A stretch of 64,000 bases of DNA from Candidatus Poribacteria bacterium (lineage in GTDB: Bacteria; Poribacteria; WGA-4E; WGA-3G). The notes under the pieces are model-generated. The model saw only the letters and a list, made by a program, of their open reading frames with translations. It had not been told where the DNA came from and searched no databases. Of this stretch, positions 48,283-58,459 are shown one piece after another. Position 1 is the first letter of the stretch. Each line of letters starts with the position of its first letter. The stretch is from contig OZ242029.1 in assembly GCA_965205015.1 (NCBI GenBank), positions 5,216,001 to 5,280,000 on the forward strand. Direction: 5' to 3'. The position numbers and the translations under genes are program-made.

Positions 48283-49839
48283 TTGAACAAGATTTTGGGG
48301 GCGAAGCAGGTAGCCGCGGTCCGAAAGATCCTGTCTGGTGTACCAGAAGCCTCAACTTATGCTCCAGTAACGGATTCCTTAAACAGAGCGGCAGAGTTGG
48401 GGGAAGATAACATTACAGCCGTGCTTACCAGTTTCAGTTCCATGCCACAATCGACAACCGTTTTCGCGAATCCGGTGCTGCACAAAGTTGCGGTTGACTG
48501 TGCTGGCACCGAGATAACATTGAACATTCGCAGTTTTGCTATTCGGGGTATTGTCTCTGAAAGTGAGATCGTCGCGGGTCAGATCAGTCCCGCCGGGGTC
48601 ATCTTCGCTGGACTCTTCGGTAGAAAACCTGAAACGGATGCAACTGGGCTTGACGAAGAGGCACTGCTGTCGGAATTAATAGATAAGAAATTTTATAACT
48701 TTACCACGACTCGTAGAGAGAGTCTATCAGGTAAACAACGTCTCATCAATCAGGTCGCAGAATTTGTTAAAGCCTTCCCAGCGGCAGGTCCCGAAGCTGC
48801 CATTCAACATTTCTCAACACTCCGTAAACTCAGTCATCCGAATCAGAAAGGGATTAACGGCACACGGCATCCCGGTGCGCTTCTGCTTGAATTGATCGGG
48901 ACGCACATGGAGAATGTCGCAGTCGGGACGGTTTCTGTGTATATGCGCCATCAGCTCCGCGGGAACAATGCGCTGCATCCCCAGGTCCTCGCAATGCGCG
49001 CATCCGATCTCATTGCCGATCATCAGAAGCGTGAGAAAACTGCCTTCCAAACCTGCTACAGTCTCCTTTTAGGGCGAGAAGCCAGCACCGTTGAAGCGAA
49101 TATCTTAGAACGGATGGGGATCATACAGGCACACCACGGTTCCGCGGGTTCCAACGTCGTCGCACGCTATCTTGCTACTTTGCACGCCGGTGCGGTCTCT
49201 GACTTTTTCGTCGCATCGCAGATGACCTTAGATGGCGACCGACACTTCGGCGCAATTCACGACATGACGGCGTTCATCAATCAAATTGAACCGCTTGATA
49301 CCGAAACCCGCGAGGACGCAATCCGTCAACGGATGCTGTCCGCGCTACCGACTTTTGGACATCCCGAAATCGCTGCCGCGGGACGCTCCGATGAAATCCA
49401 ACAGGACCCCAGACCTGCAATCTACTTCAATCCTTTCTTAGAAGCCGTTGACAACGGCGACATTCAACTCAATGATCAGCAGAAAAAACGGTTGGGGATT
49501 ACACAGCGCATTTACCAACTCGCTTTTATTGAAGGTTTTGTCCGCCCGGGACGTGAGAACGAACCGCCCCTCCGTTTAACGCCGAATACCGACTTCGGTG
49601 GATGGGCAGTCCAAGAAGGATTGGACATCTATGAAAGTGACAGAACACTATTGACCTACATCTTCCGTGGTTTCGGTTGGATAATGGATGCCCGCGAACA
49701 ACTCCAGTTGAAGATTATCCGCCCCGTTATCCCACCCCACCCAGATGTCATTCCAGCACCAACTGACGATATGACGATTGCAAACGAAGTGGTCGCATTA
49801 CACAACCGGATGGCAGACACGAACGTCTTTGACGGATAG
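48283..49839 (+). CDS. Divergent citrate synthase-family protein
   Basis: HHGSAGSN (DHE.NAST-like), RHFGA (LHGGA), TFGHP (GFGHR), DPR, PNTDF (PNVDF), RGFGW..REQ..IIRP; AAGGAG RBS; adjacent to icd. Confidence 0.75.
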   Translation: MNKILGAKQVAAVRKILSGVPEASTYAPVTDSLNRAAELGEDNITAVLTSFSSMPQSTTVFANPVLHKVAVDCAGTEITLNIRSFAIRGIVSESEIVAGQISPAGVIFAGLFGRKPETDATGLDEEALLSELIDKKFYNFTTTRRESLSGKQRLINQVAEFVKAFPAAGPEAAIQHFSTLRKLSHPNQKGINGTRHPGALLLELIGTHMENVAVGTVSVYMRHQLRGNNALHPQVLAMRASDLIADHQKREKTAFQTCYSLLLGREASTVEANILERMGIIQAHHGSAGSNVVARYLATLHAGAVSDFFVASQMTLDGDRHFGAIHDMTAFINQIEPLDTETREDAIRQRMLSALPTFGHPEIAAAGRSDEIQQDPRPAIYFNPFLEAVDNGDIQLNDQQKKRLGITQRIYQLAFIEGFVRPGRENEPPLRLTPNTDFGGWAVQEGLDIYESDRTLLTYIFRGFGWIMDAREQLQLKIIRPVIPPHPDVIPAPTDDMTIANEVVALHNRMADTNVFDG

Positions 49840-49930
49840 TCACTACCGGGCTGTCACGGATCAGCTCGGGTGCCTACACAACCCTTTCAGGCATCCGATG
49901 TTGGTCAATATATCTGCCTTTTGGCGAAGC

Positions 49931-49963
49931 ACTGAAAGCCGACCGCTGACTGCTGATGGCTAT
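49931..49963. repeat. Heptamer tandem array upstream of icd
   Basis: actgaaa-gccgacc-gctgact-gctgatg-gcta. Confidence 0.7.
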
Positions 49964-49986
49964 TAACACATTAGAGAGGAACACCA

Positions 49987-51234
49987 GTGATTGAATTTGC
50001 GCAATTAACAGTCCCGACAGAAGGTGAAAGAATTGGGTTCGTCGATGGGCGGCTCGTCGTGCCGAATCAGCCAATTATCCCTGTCATTGAGGGCGATGGT
50101 ATCGGACGAGACATCATGAAGGTGACACGCCGAGTTGTCGACGCGGCTGTCCAGACAGCGTACAACGGTGGAAACCAAATCGTTTGGTTTGATGTCTACG
50201 CCGGTGAAAACGCCATGGCGAAATACAATGAATGGCTCCCGCAGGATACCTTCGACGCGATTGAATACTTCCGTGTTGCCCTGAAGGGACCTCTCACAAC
50301 ACCTGTCGGTGGTGGATTCCGGAGTTTAAACGTGACGCTCCGTCAAGTGCTTGAACTCTACGCATGTGTCCGTCCTGTCCGTTACTTCCAAGGGGTCCCC
50401 GCCCCTGTAACACACCCTGAAAAGATGAACGTCGTTATCTTCCGTGAAAACACTGAGGATGTTTATGCCGGTATTGAATGGGAGCAAGGTACGCCAGAGG
50501 TGAAAAAGGTTATCGAACTCCTCCGCACTGAAATGGGAGTCGACATCCGCGAAGATTCCGGAATCGGTGTGAAACCGATCAGTATTTTCGGCACGAAACG
50601 CTTGGCGCGGATGGCGATCCAGTACGCAATTGACCACGGTAGACGCAGCGTGACCTTTGTTCACAAAGGCAACATCATGAAGTTTACCGAAGGTGCGTTC
50701 TGTGCGTGGGGATATGAGCTCGCCAAAGAGGAATTCGCCGAGCAGACGATTACAGAGGATGAACTCTATGACGATTACAACGGTGAGTGTCCGGAAGGCA
50801 AAATTATCGTCAATGACCGGATCGCCGACAGCATGTTGCAGCAGATTCTGACGCGAACCGATGAATATGATGTGATTGTCACCCCAAATTTGAACGGGGA
50901 CTATCTCTCAGATGCCGCCGCCGCACAAGTTGGTGGTATCGGTATGGCACCCGGTGGTAACCTCAGCGATGAAGTCGCGCTTTTCGAAGCGACGCACGGC
51001 ACCGCACCGAAATATACCGATCAGGATGTCGTCAATCCGGGTTCACTGATCCTCTCTGCGGTCATGATGCTGGAGCATCTCGGTTGGCAAGAAGCCGCCG
51101 ACCTGATTATTTCAGGACTTGAGAAGACCATCCTCCAGAAAAAGGTGACCTACGATCTGGAGCGTCTCATGGAAGGCGCGACGAAGGTCCGCACCTCCGA
51201 GTTCGGCGCATCGATTGTCGAAAACTTCCAATAG
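49987..51234 (+). CDS. icd: Isocitrate dehydrogenase (NADP, prokaryotic dimeric type)
   Basis: [58 protein letters not shown]. Confidence 0.97.
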   Translation: MIEFAQLTVPTEGERIGFVDGRLVVPNQPIIPVIEGDGIGRDIMKVTRRVVDAAVQTAYNGGNQIVWFDVYAGENAMAKYNEWLPQDTFDAIEYFRVALKGPLTTPVGGGFRSLNVTLRQVLELYACVRPVRYFQGVPAPVTHPEKMNVVIFRENTEDVYAGIEWEQGTPEVKKVIELLRTEMGVDIREDSGIGVKPISIFGTKRLARMAIQYAIDHGRRSVTFVHKGNIMKFTEGAFCAWGYELAKEEFAEQTITEDELYDDYNGECPEGKIIVNDRIADSMLQQILTRTDEYDVIVTPNLNGDYLSDAAAAQVGGIGMAPGGNLSDEVALFEATHGTAPKYTDQDVVNPGSLILSAVMMLEHLGWQEAADLIISGLEKTILQKKVTYDLERLMEGATKVRTSEFGASIVENFQ

Positions 51235-51270
51235 AAGCACTTTCCACTGCACATCACAGAGGAGCAGCAC

Positions 51271-51408
51271 ATGTCCTTAAAAACGAAACTTATTCTGACG
51301 GGCGGTGTATTCGCTGCTATCGGCATCGGAATAGGTCTTGAATTGCATCGGCTTCACAGGCGCATTCTAAAAGAGTTGGTTGCAATCCGCCAGCAAGGCG
51401 AGCGGTAA
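51271..51408 (+). CDS. Small (45 aa) single-pass membrane protein, below the ORF-track cutoff
   Basis: GAGGAG RBS; MSLKTKLILTGGVFAAIGIGIGLELHRLHRRILKELVAIRQQGER*. Confidence 0.6.
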   Translation: MSLKTKLILTGGVFAAIGIGIGLELHRLHRRILKELVAIRQQGER

Positions 51409-51477
51409 TTGATACCGTTTTCAACTGCACCTGTCCTGCAAATTATCCTTCCTAAACTCTTAAGGGCATTCCGTTCT

Positions 51478-51550
51478 TGAGTCCCAGCGGGACGGCATGT
51501 TTATAGAAACGCATTCAGAAGAGCCATCAAGCCCTGTAAGGGCGGCATTT
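51478..51550. repeat. Short palindrome doublet (AGTCCCAGCGGGACGGCAT / AGCCCTGTAAGGGCGGCAT)
   Basis: Two related mini-hairpins, each followed by CGGCAT; similar gcactccgtaggagtgctatgt at 26532-26553. Confidence 0.55.
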
Positions 51551-51606
51551 GGCAGCTCTAATGACAGAAATATTCCTCTTCTGTGCCAGAGAACGAGGTC
51601 TACATC

Positions 51607-52863
51607 ATGATCACCGAACTCCGCGCGCAAAATTTCAAATCTTGGAAAGATACCGGTAAGCTGCAAATCGCACCCTTAACTGGCTTCTTCGGCGCGAACA
51701 GTTCCGGCAAAACCAGTCTTCTCCAAACACTCCTCGTGCTAAAGCAGACCGTGGAGCGTCCACCGGATTGGAATGGGGTGATCGATTTCGGTGAGGACAA
51801 CTCCCTCGTTAATTTGGGAGGCTTTGATGAGACCGTTCACCAACACAACTTAGATTTAAGTCTTGATGTTGCTGTATCATGGCAGCTGCCTGAAAGACAA
51901 AATTTAGGTCCGGTTCAAATCGATTTCCTCTCCTTCTCAATGTCCATTGTTAAAAAATATGAGCATTCGGTGGAACTGGATAATTTTTGTTATGCAAGTG
52001 GTGAGCGTGAATTTAAGATAGAGTGGGAATCGTCAGGATATAAATACAAATTAGGATATGATTGGGCAAGTACAGAATTGTTTCGATGTTACGGTGTTGT
52101 TAACCCATTCGGACCTCTGGAGTCTTTCGCTCCTCTTAAAGCGGCTTTTGAGGATTTGTTCGATCGAATTCGCTACCTCGGTCCACTTCGTGAATACCCG
52201 CGCTCTCATTACAAATGGCAGGGAAACCACCCGGAAGATGTAGGGCAGCATGGCGAAGATATAGTTCCCTGCATGCTTTCAAAGCGGGTACAGCTTCACG
52301 GTATTGATAGACAGGTAATGGAATGGTTACAGAGACTGGATTTGATCAACTCCTATCGCCTCAATCCTATCCCAAATTTGGAGAAAGATTACGAATTTCT
52401 GGTCAAAAAACACAAAAATGGACCTGAAGTCCGACTCACTGATGTCGGCTTTGGGGTTTCGCAGGTGCTGCCGGTATTGATTCTCTGTTATTACGCGCCA
52501 GAGGGAAGTATTCTCATCCTTGAACAACCTGAAGCACACCTCCATCCGAAAGTCCAAGCGGAATTGGCGGACCTGCTCATTGAGGTCGTGAAAAATCGAC
52601 GACTCCAAATTATTCTTGAGAGCCACAGCGAGCATCTACTGATACGGCTCATGCGGCGTATCGCTGAGGAACAAATTTCCGCAGACGACACCGCCTTCTA
52701 TTTTTGCGAAATGAATGAAGGGGTATCCGAAATTGAGAGACTCAATGTGGATGATTACGGAAACATCACGAATTGGCCACAAAACTTCTTTGGTGATGAG
52801 ATGGGCGACTTGGCAGCAAAGACAAAAGCGGAGATGAAGCGTCGGAAAGCTGCCAAATTATGA
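51607..52863 (+). CDS. ABC-like AAA ATPase with DUF3696-type C-terminus
   Basis: QNFKSW, GANSSGKT, YLGPLR, DVGFGVSQVLP, LEQPEAHLHP, ESHSEH, G.ITNWPQNFF. Confidence 0.9.
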   Translation: MITELRAQNFKSWKDTGKLQIAPLTGFFGANSSGKTSLLQTLLVLKQTVERPPDWNGVIDFGEDNSLVNLGGFDETVHQHNLDLSLDVAVSWQLPERQNLGPVQIDFLSFSMSIVKKYEHSVELDNFCYASGEREFKIEWESSGYKYKLGYDWASTELFRCYGVVNPFGPLESFAPLKAAFEDLFDRIRYLGPLREYPRSHYKWQGNHPEDVGQHGEDIVPCMLSKRVQLHGIDRQVMEWLQRLDLINSYRLNPIPNLEKDYEFLVKKHKNGPEVRLTDVGFGVSQVLPVLILCYYAPEGSILILEQPEAHLHPKVQAELADLLIEVVKNRRLQIILESHSEHLLIRLMRRIAEEQISADDTAFYFCEMNEGVSEIERLNVDDYGNITNWPQNFFGDEMGDLAAKTKAEMKRRKAAKL

Positions 52864-53363
52864 AAGTTATTGTAGATACAAATGTTCCGTTAGTTGCCAA
52901 TGGGAGTGCAGACCAAGCATCTGAAGATTGCGTGGAAGCCTGTATTGACGAACTGCTGAAGATTACCGAAGGCGACGTAAAATTAGTGTTGGATGACCAG
53001 CGACGGATTATCGAAGAATACCGGAATAAGTTGAATCCGGGCGGTTTTCCCGGTGTCGGCGACGCGTTTCTCAAATGAGTAGAGATAAATTGGGCAAACC
53101 CGCAACAATGTGATTTGGTTTCCATTACACCTATTGATGATTTAGAAACTGATTTTCAGGAGTTTCCCGCAGACCCAGCACTACAGGATTTTGATCCAGA
53201 TGATAGAAAATTTATCGCCGTCGCACTCACACACTCCGAAAAACCGCCTATCTTACAAGCGGTAGATAGTGGATGGTGGAATGCCCGAGACGCACTTCGT
53301 CAAAACGGTGTCACGATTGATTTTATCTGTGAAGACGACATGCGTTCGATGATAGACTCGTAA
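52860..53363 (+). pseudogene. PIN-domain protein interrupted by an in-frame TGA
   Basis: VIVDTNV...GDAFLK*VEINWANP...FDPDDRKFIAVA...AVDSGW all in one frame; TGA at 53076-53078. Confidence 0.85.
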
Positions 53364-53387
53364 TTCTTAAAACACAGGAGGGACAGC

Positions 53388-54008
53388 ATGATCCATGAAA
53401 TAAGAACCTATAACCTGAAGCTCGGCCAACTCAACGAATACTGGGAACGCTTCGGCGAAAAGCTACCCGCACGCCAAGAACTCTCCAAACTCGGTGGACA
53501 CTGGTACACCGAAGTCGGACCCTTGAATCAGATGGTCGCTATTTGGCCCTACGAGAGTCTTGAACAACGGGCAGAGATCCGACGCGCCGCAGAAGCAGGA
53601 CCGAACCCGATATGGCCCCCCGATACCAGCGATCTCATCGTATCCATGGTATCCGAGATTTTTCTGCCAGCTCCCTTTATGGAACCCTTAGGTGAAAAAG
53701 ACCTCGGACCGATATATGAAATGCGTTTGTACACCTATCCTGCAGAAGGCATGCCACAAGTTTTAGAGGCGTGGGGTGCGGCGATCCCTGAACGCGTGAA
53801 GTATTCCGCATTAGCAGGCTGTTGGTATTCGGAATACGGTGGGGTCAACAATTTCATCCATCTCTGGGCATATAGGAGTTTCGAGGAACGCCAACGCATC
53901 CGAGCGGAGACGCGAGAGACAGGTGTCTGGCCCCCCAAAGGCTCCGTTAGACCCATCACACAGGAGAGCAAGCTGCTGCTACCAGCCCCTTTCTCACCCA
54001 TGCAGTAG
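53388..54008 (+). CDS. NIPSNAP family protein (two domains)
   Basis: HEIRTY and YEMRLY, W.YESLEQR and WAYRSFEER, LLPAPFSP. Confidence 0.9.
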   Translation: MIHEIRTYNLKLGQLNEYWERFGEKLPARQELSKLGGHWYTEVGPLNQMVAIWPYESLEQRAEIRRAAEAGPNPIWPPDTSDLIVSMVSEIFLPAPFMEPLGEKDLGPIYEMRLYTYPAEGMPQVLEAWGAAIPERVKYSALAGCWYSEYGGVNNFIHLWAYRSFEERQRIRAETRETGVWPPKGSVRPITQESKLLLPAPFSPMQ

Positions 54009-54160
54009 TGTGTTTTTCTCAACATAGACCCCTCCACCCCATTGGCGAGGTTTCCTTGCGGAAATACCCTATCAAAAACACCTCGCCTCCTTCGGTTGGA
54101 TGTCCTCGTAACGCGGAAATTGAAATCAACGCTCCCTATTATTCAAGAACAGAGAGGAAA

Positions 54161-54865
54161 ATGAAAAATCAACGTAGTGGTTTACCCAAAGAAGAAAGAG
54201 CCGTCTTAGAGGATGCTATTCGCCGCTCTTATTTTCATACAATTGACGATCTCGATCACGAGGATGTTTTAGAGATATTCGGTTTTACTGCTGACACAGG
54301 TCCGTTAGCAACCACAGATGAAAATGCTAAAGTTGTAATTAATAATAAATCTGCCCGGATGCTTTCTCCCATATTAGGATTCTTAAATGAAATCGTTGAC
54401 GGACACTTTGATGTGGAAGAAGATGGTATCATGAGGCACTATCTGTTAGGGCTTGTAAGTTTTGCCGGTCGTGTGCACACAGAGGAGGCTTATCAAGGAC
54501 TTACAAAATTTCTCAACCGTTTATTAACGTACAACCTGAATCTAAAGGATGTTTTCTTAGCAGAAACTGTATTTTCACTTGCCGAAGTTAGTGTTGGATT
54601 GGGTAGGGAAGATTCGGTTTCCATACTCAAATCGGCTATATCCCATCTTCCGGATCCAGACCGCGATCTCAGCGAATTGGTTGAGTATTTTGACAAATTG
54701 AACGGACCTGAGGGGATAAAGGAAATCCTGATCCATCCTGCAACAGGTAGGGTGCCAGAAGTAGAAGATAGATGTTTAGCGTTGCTACAAAAACACGATC
54801 CTGACTTTGTAAAGGACTGGAAAACACAAAAAGCCTCCGCTAACATTTCACATGACCGAATTTAA
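54161..54865 (+). CDS. Hypothetical helical protein
   Basis: GAGAGG RBS before the ATG at 54161; HEAT-like helical composition. Confidence 0.65.
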   Translation: MKNQRSGLPKEERAVLEDAIRRSYFHTIDDLDHEDVLEIFGFTADTGPLATTDENAKVVINNKSARMLSPILGFLNEIVDGHFDVEEDGIMRHYLLGLVSFAGRVHTEEAYQGLTKFLNRLLTYNLNLKDVFLAETVFSLAEVSVGLGREDSVSILKSAISHLPDPDRDLSELVEYFDKLNGPEGIKEILIHPATGRVPEVEDRCLALLQKHDPDFVKDWKTQKASANISHDRI

Positions 54866-54885
54866 TTATTAACTCGGTAATTGAC

Positions 54886-54947
54886 GGGCAATAAATGGTT
54901 TCCCTACTACGAACGGGCCGCTTGTAGTAGTGCGATTCATCGCACGT
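54886..54947. repeat. Back-to-back REP-like doublet (GTAGTAG family)
   Basis: gggcaataaat..ccctactac and gtagtagtgcgattcatcgcac; related to 24213-24238. Confidence 0.6.
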
Positions 54948-54979
54948 TCAGAAATTACCGAATAATCAGGAGAGGACAG

Positions 54980-55357
54980 ATGAAGAAGAAGAATCACGAC
55001 GATTTTGATGGTTTCATGGTCAATTTATTTCTTGATGAGGATGGTGATTATCTCGCTCACCTCGTGGAACTCCCTAACGTCTCAGCTTTCGGACCAACAC
55101 CTGCCGAGGCGTTACGTGAATTAAAAACAGCGTGGGAACTGATGGAAGAATGTTACCGAGCCGACGGTGAACCCGTTCCAAAAGCACCTTCTCGGAGTGG
55201 ATATGACGGACCGTTCAATGTTCCTATTGAAGCCCAACTTTATCACGCTCTGGCAGACGAAGCCGCGAAGACAGACCTAAGCCTTTACACGTTTGTGACA
55301 CAAAAATTGAAGGCATCGGTGCCAGTTGTTCAAACAGAAAACGAAGGTTCTTTGTGA
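54980..55357 (+). CDS. hicB: HicB family antitoxin
   Basis: ELPNVSAFGPTPAEAL...GEPVP...GPFNV..LYHAL..A....SL (RNase H-like fold plus RHH). Confidence 0.85.
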   Translation: MKKKNHDDFDGFMVNLFLDEDGDYLAHLVELPNVSAFGPTPAEALRELKTAWELMEECYRADGEPVPKAPSRSGYDGPFNVPIEAQLYHALADEAAKTDLSLYTFVTQKLKASVPVVQTENEGSL

Positions 55358-55640
55358 ATGAAAACCGATTTGAATCTCCATCCAACCTATTGAGTAACTT
55401 GTTTTGTGCAGTCCAGACATTGTATTTAAAGAGACATCCTTCCCTGCTCACGAAATTTTCAGAGTAACCTTCCGAGTGACATTAGAGGCAAATCCTCCAA
55501 ACCCCAGTCATGGCAGAGGTTTACAGCCTTTTCCAAAACTATCACATTTAAGATTTACTCTGAATACTTTGAAACGCACCTCATGTCTCTTGACGCTGCT
55601 ATAACACACCACCCCTATTGTATACAATCCCTTTCCACTA

Positions 55641-55671
55641 CTGATTGCTGACCGCTGATGGCTGACTGCCA
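55641..55671. repeat. Heptamer tandem array upstream of the mutS promoter
   Basis: ctgattg-ctgaccg-ctgatgg-ctgactg-cca. Confidence 0.75.
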
Positions 55672-55679
55672 TAAAACAT

Positions 55680-55708
55680 TTGACATAAACTTCCGAATGT
55701 GCTATGCT
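55680..55708 (+). promoter_or_regulatory. Sigma70-type promoter of mutS
   Basis: TTGACA-17 bp-TATGCT with TG extension. Confidence 0.7.
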
Positions 55709-55768
55709 ACTAAAAATTGACCCTTCGTCCAAAAAACAGCCACGTAACATTATAAACAAGGAAACGCT

Positions 55769-58456
55769 ATGGCACGTTCAAAACAGTCCGATCTGTCATT
55801 AATGGAACTCTATAAACACGTAAAAAAACAGCACGGCGATGCGATACTCCTCTGTCGGGTCGGCGATTTCTATGAAGCCTTCTTTGAAGACGCCGAACTT
55901 ATTGCCCGCCTGCTTGAGATCGCCTTGACATCGAGAAGCCATAAAAACCAAAAATCCCCACCGCCACCGATGGCAGGTATCCCGCATCACGCGCTCGATT
56001 CCTATCTCTACAAACTCGTCAAGGCCGGACATAAAGTCGCCATTTTGGAGCAGACCGAGGACGCAAAACTCGCACGGGACGAGAACCGACTCGTCAAACG
56101 CGATGTCGTCCGGATCGTTACACCCGGCACGGTGACCGACCCAAAGGTGCTGGAGCATAAAGTCAACAATTACATCGTCTCGATCTATCTCAACAAAGAC
56201 ACTTACGGTGTTGCTGTTGCGGATCTCTCCACCGGCGAATTTCTGGTAACTGAACTCACAGACCCTTCACGCCTCTGGGCGGAGATCCACCGATTTTCCC
56301 CAAAAGAGTGTCTCTTTGCCGATACCTTCGAGGACGAGGAGATGTTTGATCGCCTCAAAACCGAACTCAAGGTGACACTCAATGACCTACCCGACTGGCG
56401 GTTTGAATTGGACACGGCTCGGACGGAACTCCTCGAACATTTCCAAACCATTTCGCTTGATGGGTTCGGGTGCGAACATCTGCCGACTGCTATCTGTGCC
56501 GCGGGTGCACTCATCTATTACCTGAATGAAACGCAGAAGCAGGAAGTCGAACACATTGTCTCCCTGCACACCTATACGCTCTCCGATTTCATGGTACTGG
56601 ATGCCGATACACAGCGTAACCTCGAACTGACAGCCTCCATTCGCGACGGATCCACGAAAGGCACGCTCCTTGAAGTTCTTGATGAGACGGTGACGGCGAT
56701 GGGGGGCAGAAGGATGCGTCAATGCCTCTTACAGCCCCTGCTCGATGAAAAGGGGATTGCAGAACGCCTCAGTGCAGTCGATGAGCTCAAAACCCAGATT
56801 AGCTTGCAGGAGGAGTTGCGGGATGCACTCGGACAGATGTATGATGTTGAACGTCTCATTTCACGTATCAGTCTCGGTTCCGTGAATGGACGCGACCTAC
56901 ATTCGCTCAAGGATTCGCTTCGTCTGATCCCCGAGGTTAAGGTGCAGCTCCAAAACTGCAGGAGTAACTTGTTGGTATCCCTCAATGATACTTTGGACCC
57001 GCTGCCAGACTTAGTCGAATTGATCGAACACGGCATCCATCCGAACCCACCCGCGACGATCCGTGAAGGCGGCATCATAAATGACGGTTATAGCGAGGAA
57101 CTCGATGAACTTCGACAGATTGTAGGACAGGGAAAAGACTGGATAGCCGCTATGCAGGAGGAGGAACGCAAACGCAGCGGTATCCAATCCTTAAAGATCG
57201 GATTCAACCAAGTCTTCGGTTATTATATCGACGTGACGAAGCCGAATCTGCACATGGTGCCTGAGCATTACATCCGTAAACAGACCCTACGGAATTCCGA
57301 GCGGTTCATCACACCTGAACTCAAAGAGCAGGAGGCGAAGGTCCTGAACGCCGAGGATCGGATACAAGACTTGGAATATGAACTCTTCTGTCAGATTCGT
57401 GAGGATGTCTCGAAATATACGGAAGTTATTCAAAAAATCGCAGCGGCACTCGCGATGATTGATGTCCTCGCCAATTTCGCGTATGTCGCCTCGAAATACA
57501 ACTATGTGAAGCCTACCGTCGCGGCAGTGGACGAAATCGTTATCCGGGATGGCAGGCACCCGGTTGTCGAGCAGCTGTTCACGCAAGAGGGGTTTGTGCC
57601 TAACGATACGCTCCTCAACTGCGATGATGAGCAATTACATATTATCACGGGACCGAACATGAGCGGCAAGAGCACGTATCTGCGTCAGACGGCACTCATC
57701 GTTCTGATGGCACAGATCGGATGTTTTGTGCCTGCCTCCGCTGCGAAAATCGGTTTGGTAGACCGGATTTTCACACGGGTGGGTGCGTCGGATAACCTCG
57801 TGATGGGACAGAGTACCTTCCTCGTTGAGATGAACGAGACGGCGAATATTCTCAACAACGCCACCCGCAACAGCCTCGTGATCTTTGACGAAGTCGGACG
57901 CGGCACCAGCACGTTTGATGGACTCAGCATCGCATGGGCGGTTTCGGAGTATCTCTTAGATGAAAAACGGATGGGCGCGAAAACGCTCTTCGCGACACAC
58001 TATCATGAGTTGGTGGAACTCGCCAGCAAATATAAACGCGCCAAGAACTACAATGTCGCCGTTCATGAAGATGGACAGAAGGTGACCTTCCTCCGAAAAG
58101 TTGTCCAAGGGGGCGCAGACCAAAGTTACGGTATCCACGTCGCACGACTCGCAGGACTCCCCCAAGTCGTGATTACACGCGCCCAGCAGATACTTGAAGT
58201 GCTTGAACAGCACAATCTGAGTGTTGAGGCGGATGGGGCAACGGGTCAGTCACCGAAAACACATCCAACACTACCGAAACCGCGCCGCCGTGTCTCCCGA
58301 AAGACACTACAGAGCGATTCCCTACAGATGGCACTCTTTACACCGAAGACGCATCCGCTTGTTGAAGAGATCCGGCGGTTGGAACTCACGCAGGTAACCC
58401 CCTTGGATGCGGTGAATATTCTCTATGATTTGAAGGCGAAGGCGGAGGAATCTTAG
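55769..58456 (+). CDS. mutS: DNA mismatch repair protein MutS
   Basis: GDFYE, TPGT, GRHPVVE, TGPNMSGKST, DEVGRGTST, SYGIHVA, clamp motif QMALF. Confidence 0.98.
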   Translation: MARSKQSDLSLMELYKHVKKQHGDAILLCRVGDFYEAFFEDAELIARLLEIALTSRSHKNQKSPPPPMAGIPHHALDSYLYKLVKAGHKVAILEQTEDAKLARDENRLVKRDVVRIVTPGTVTDPKVLEHKVNNYIVSIYLNKDTYGVAVADLSTGEFLVTELTDPSRLWAEIHRFSPKECLFADTFEDEEMFDRLKTELKVTLNDLPDWRFELDTARTELLEHFQTISLDGFGCEHLPTAICAAGALIYYLNETQKQEVEHIVSLHTYTLSDFMVLDADTQRNLELTASIRDGSTKGTLLEVLDETVTAMGGRRMRQCLLQPLLDEKGIAERLSAVDELKTQISLQEELRDALGQMYDVERLISRISLGSVNGRDLHSLKDSLRLIPEVKVQLQNCRSNLLVSLNDTLDPLPDLVELIEHGIHPNPPATIREGGIINDGYSEELDELRQIVGQGKDWIAAMQEEERKRSGIQSLKIGFNQVFGYYIDVTKPNLHMVPEHYIRKQTLRNSERFITPELKEQEAKVLNAEDRIQDLEYELFCQIREDVSKYTEVIQKIAAALAMIDVLANFAYVASKYNYVKPTVAAVDEIVIRDGRHPVVEQLFTQEGFVPNDTLLNCDDEQLHIITGPNMSGKSTYLRQTALIVLMAQIGCFVPASAAKIGLVDRIFTRVGASDNLVMGQSTFLVEMNETANILNNATRNSLVIFDEVGRGTSTFDGLSIAWAVSEYLLDEKRMGAKTLFATHYHELVELASKYKRAKNYNVAVHEDGQKVTFLRKVVQGGADQSYGIHVARLAGLPQVVITRAQQILEVLEQHNLSVEADGATGQSPKTHPTLPKPRRRVSRKTLQSDSLQMALFTPKTHPLVEEIRRLELTQVTPLDAVNILYDLKAKAEES

Positions 58457-58459
58457 GGG

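Noticed and set aside
53076-53078. Genome-wide TGA recoding (Trp or Sec) to explain the in-frame stop
   Set aside because: TGA ends conserved genes at their expected C-termini (dprA, tsaD, aldehyde dehydrogenase), Trp is encoded by TGG elsewhere, and the other broken PIN gene has TAA.
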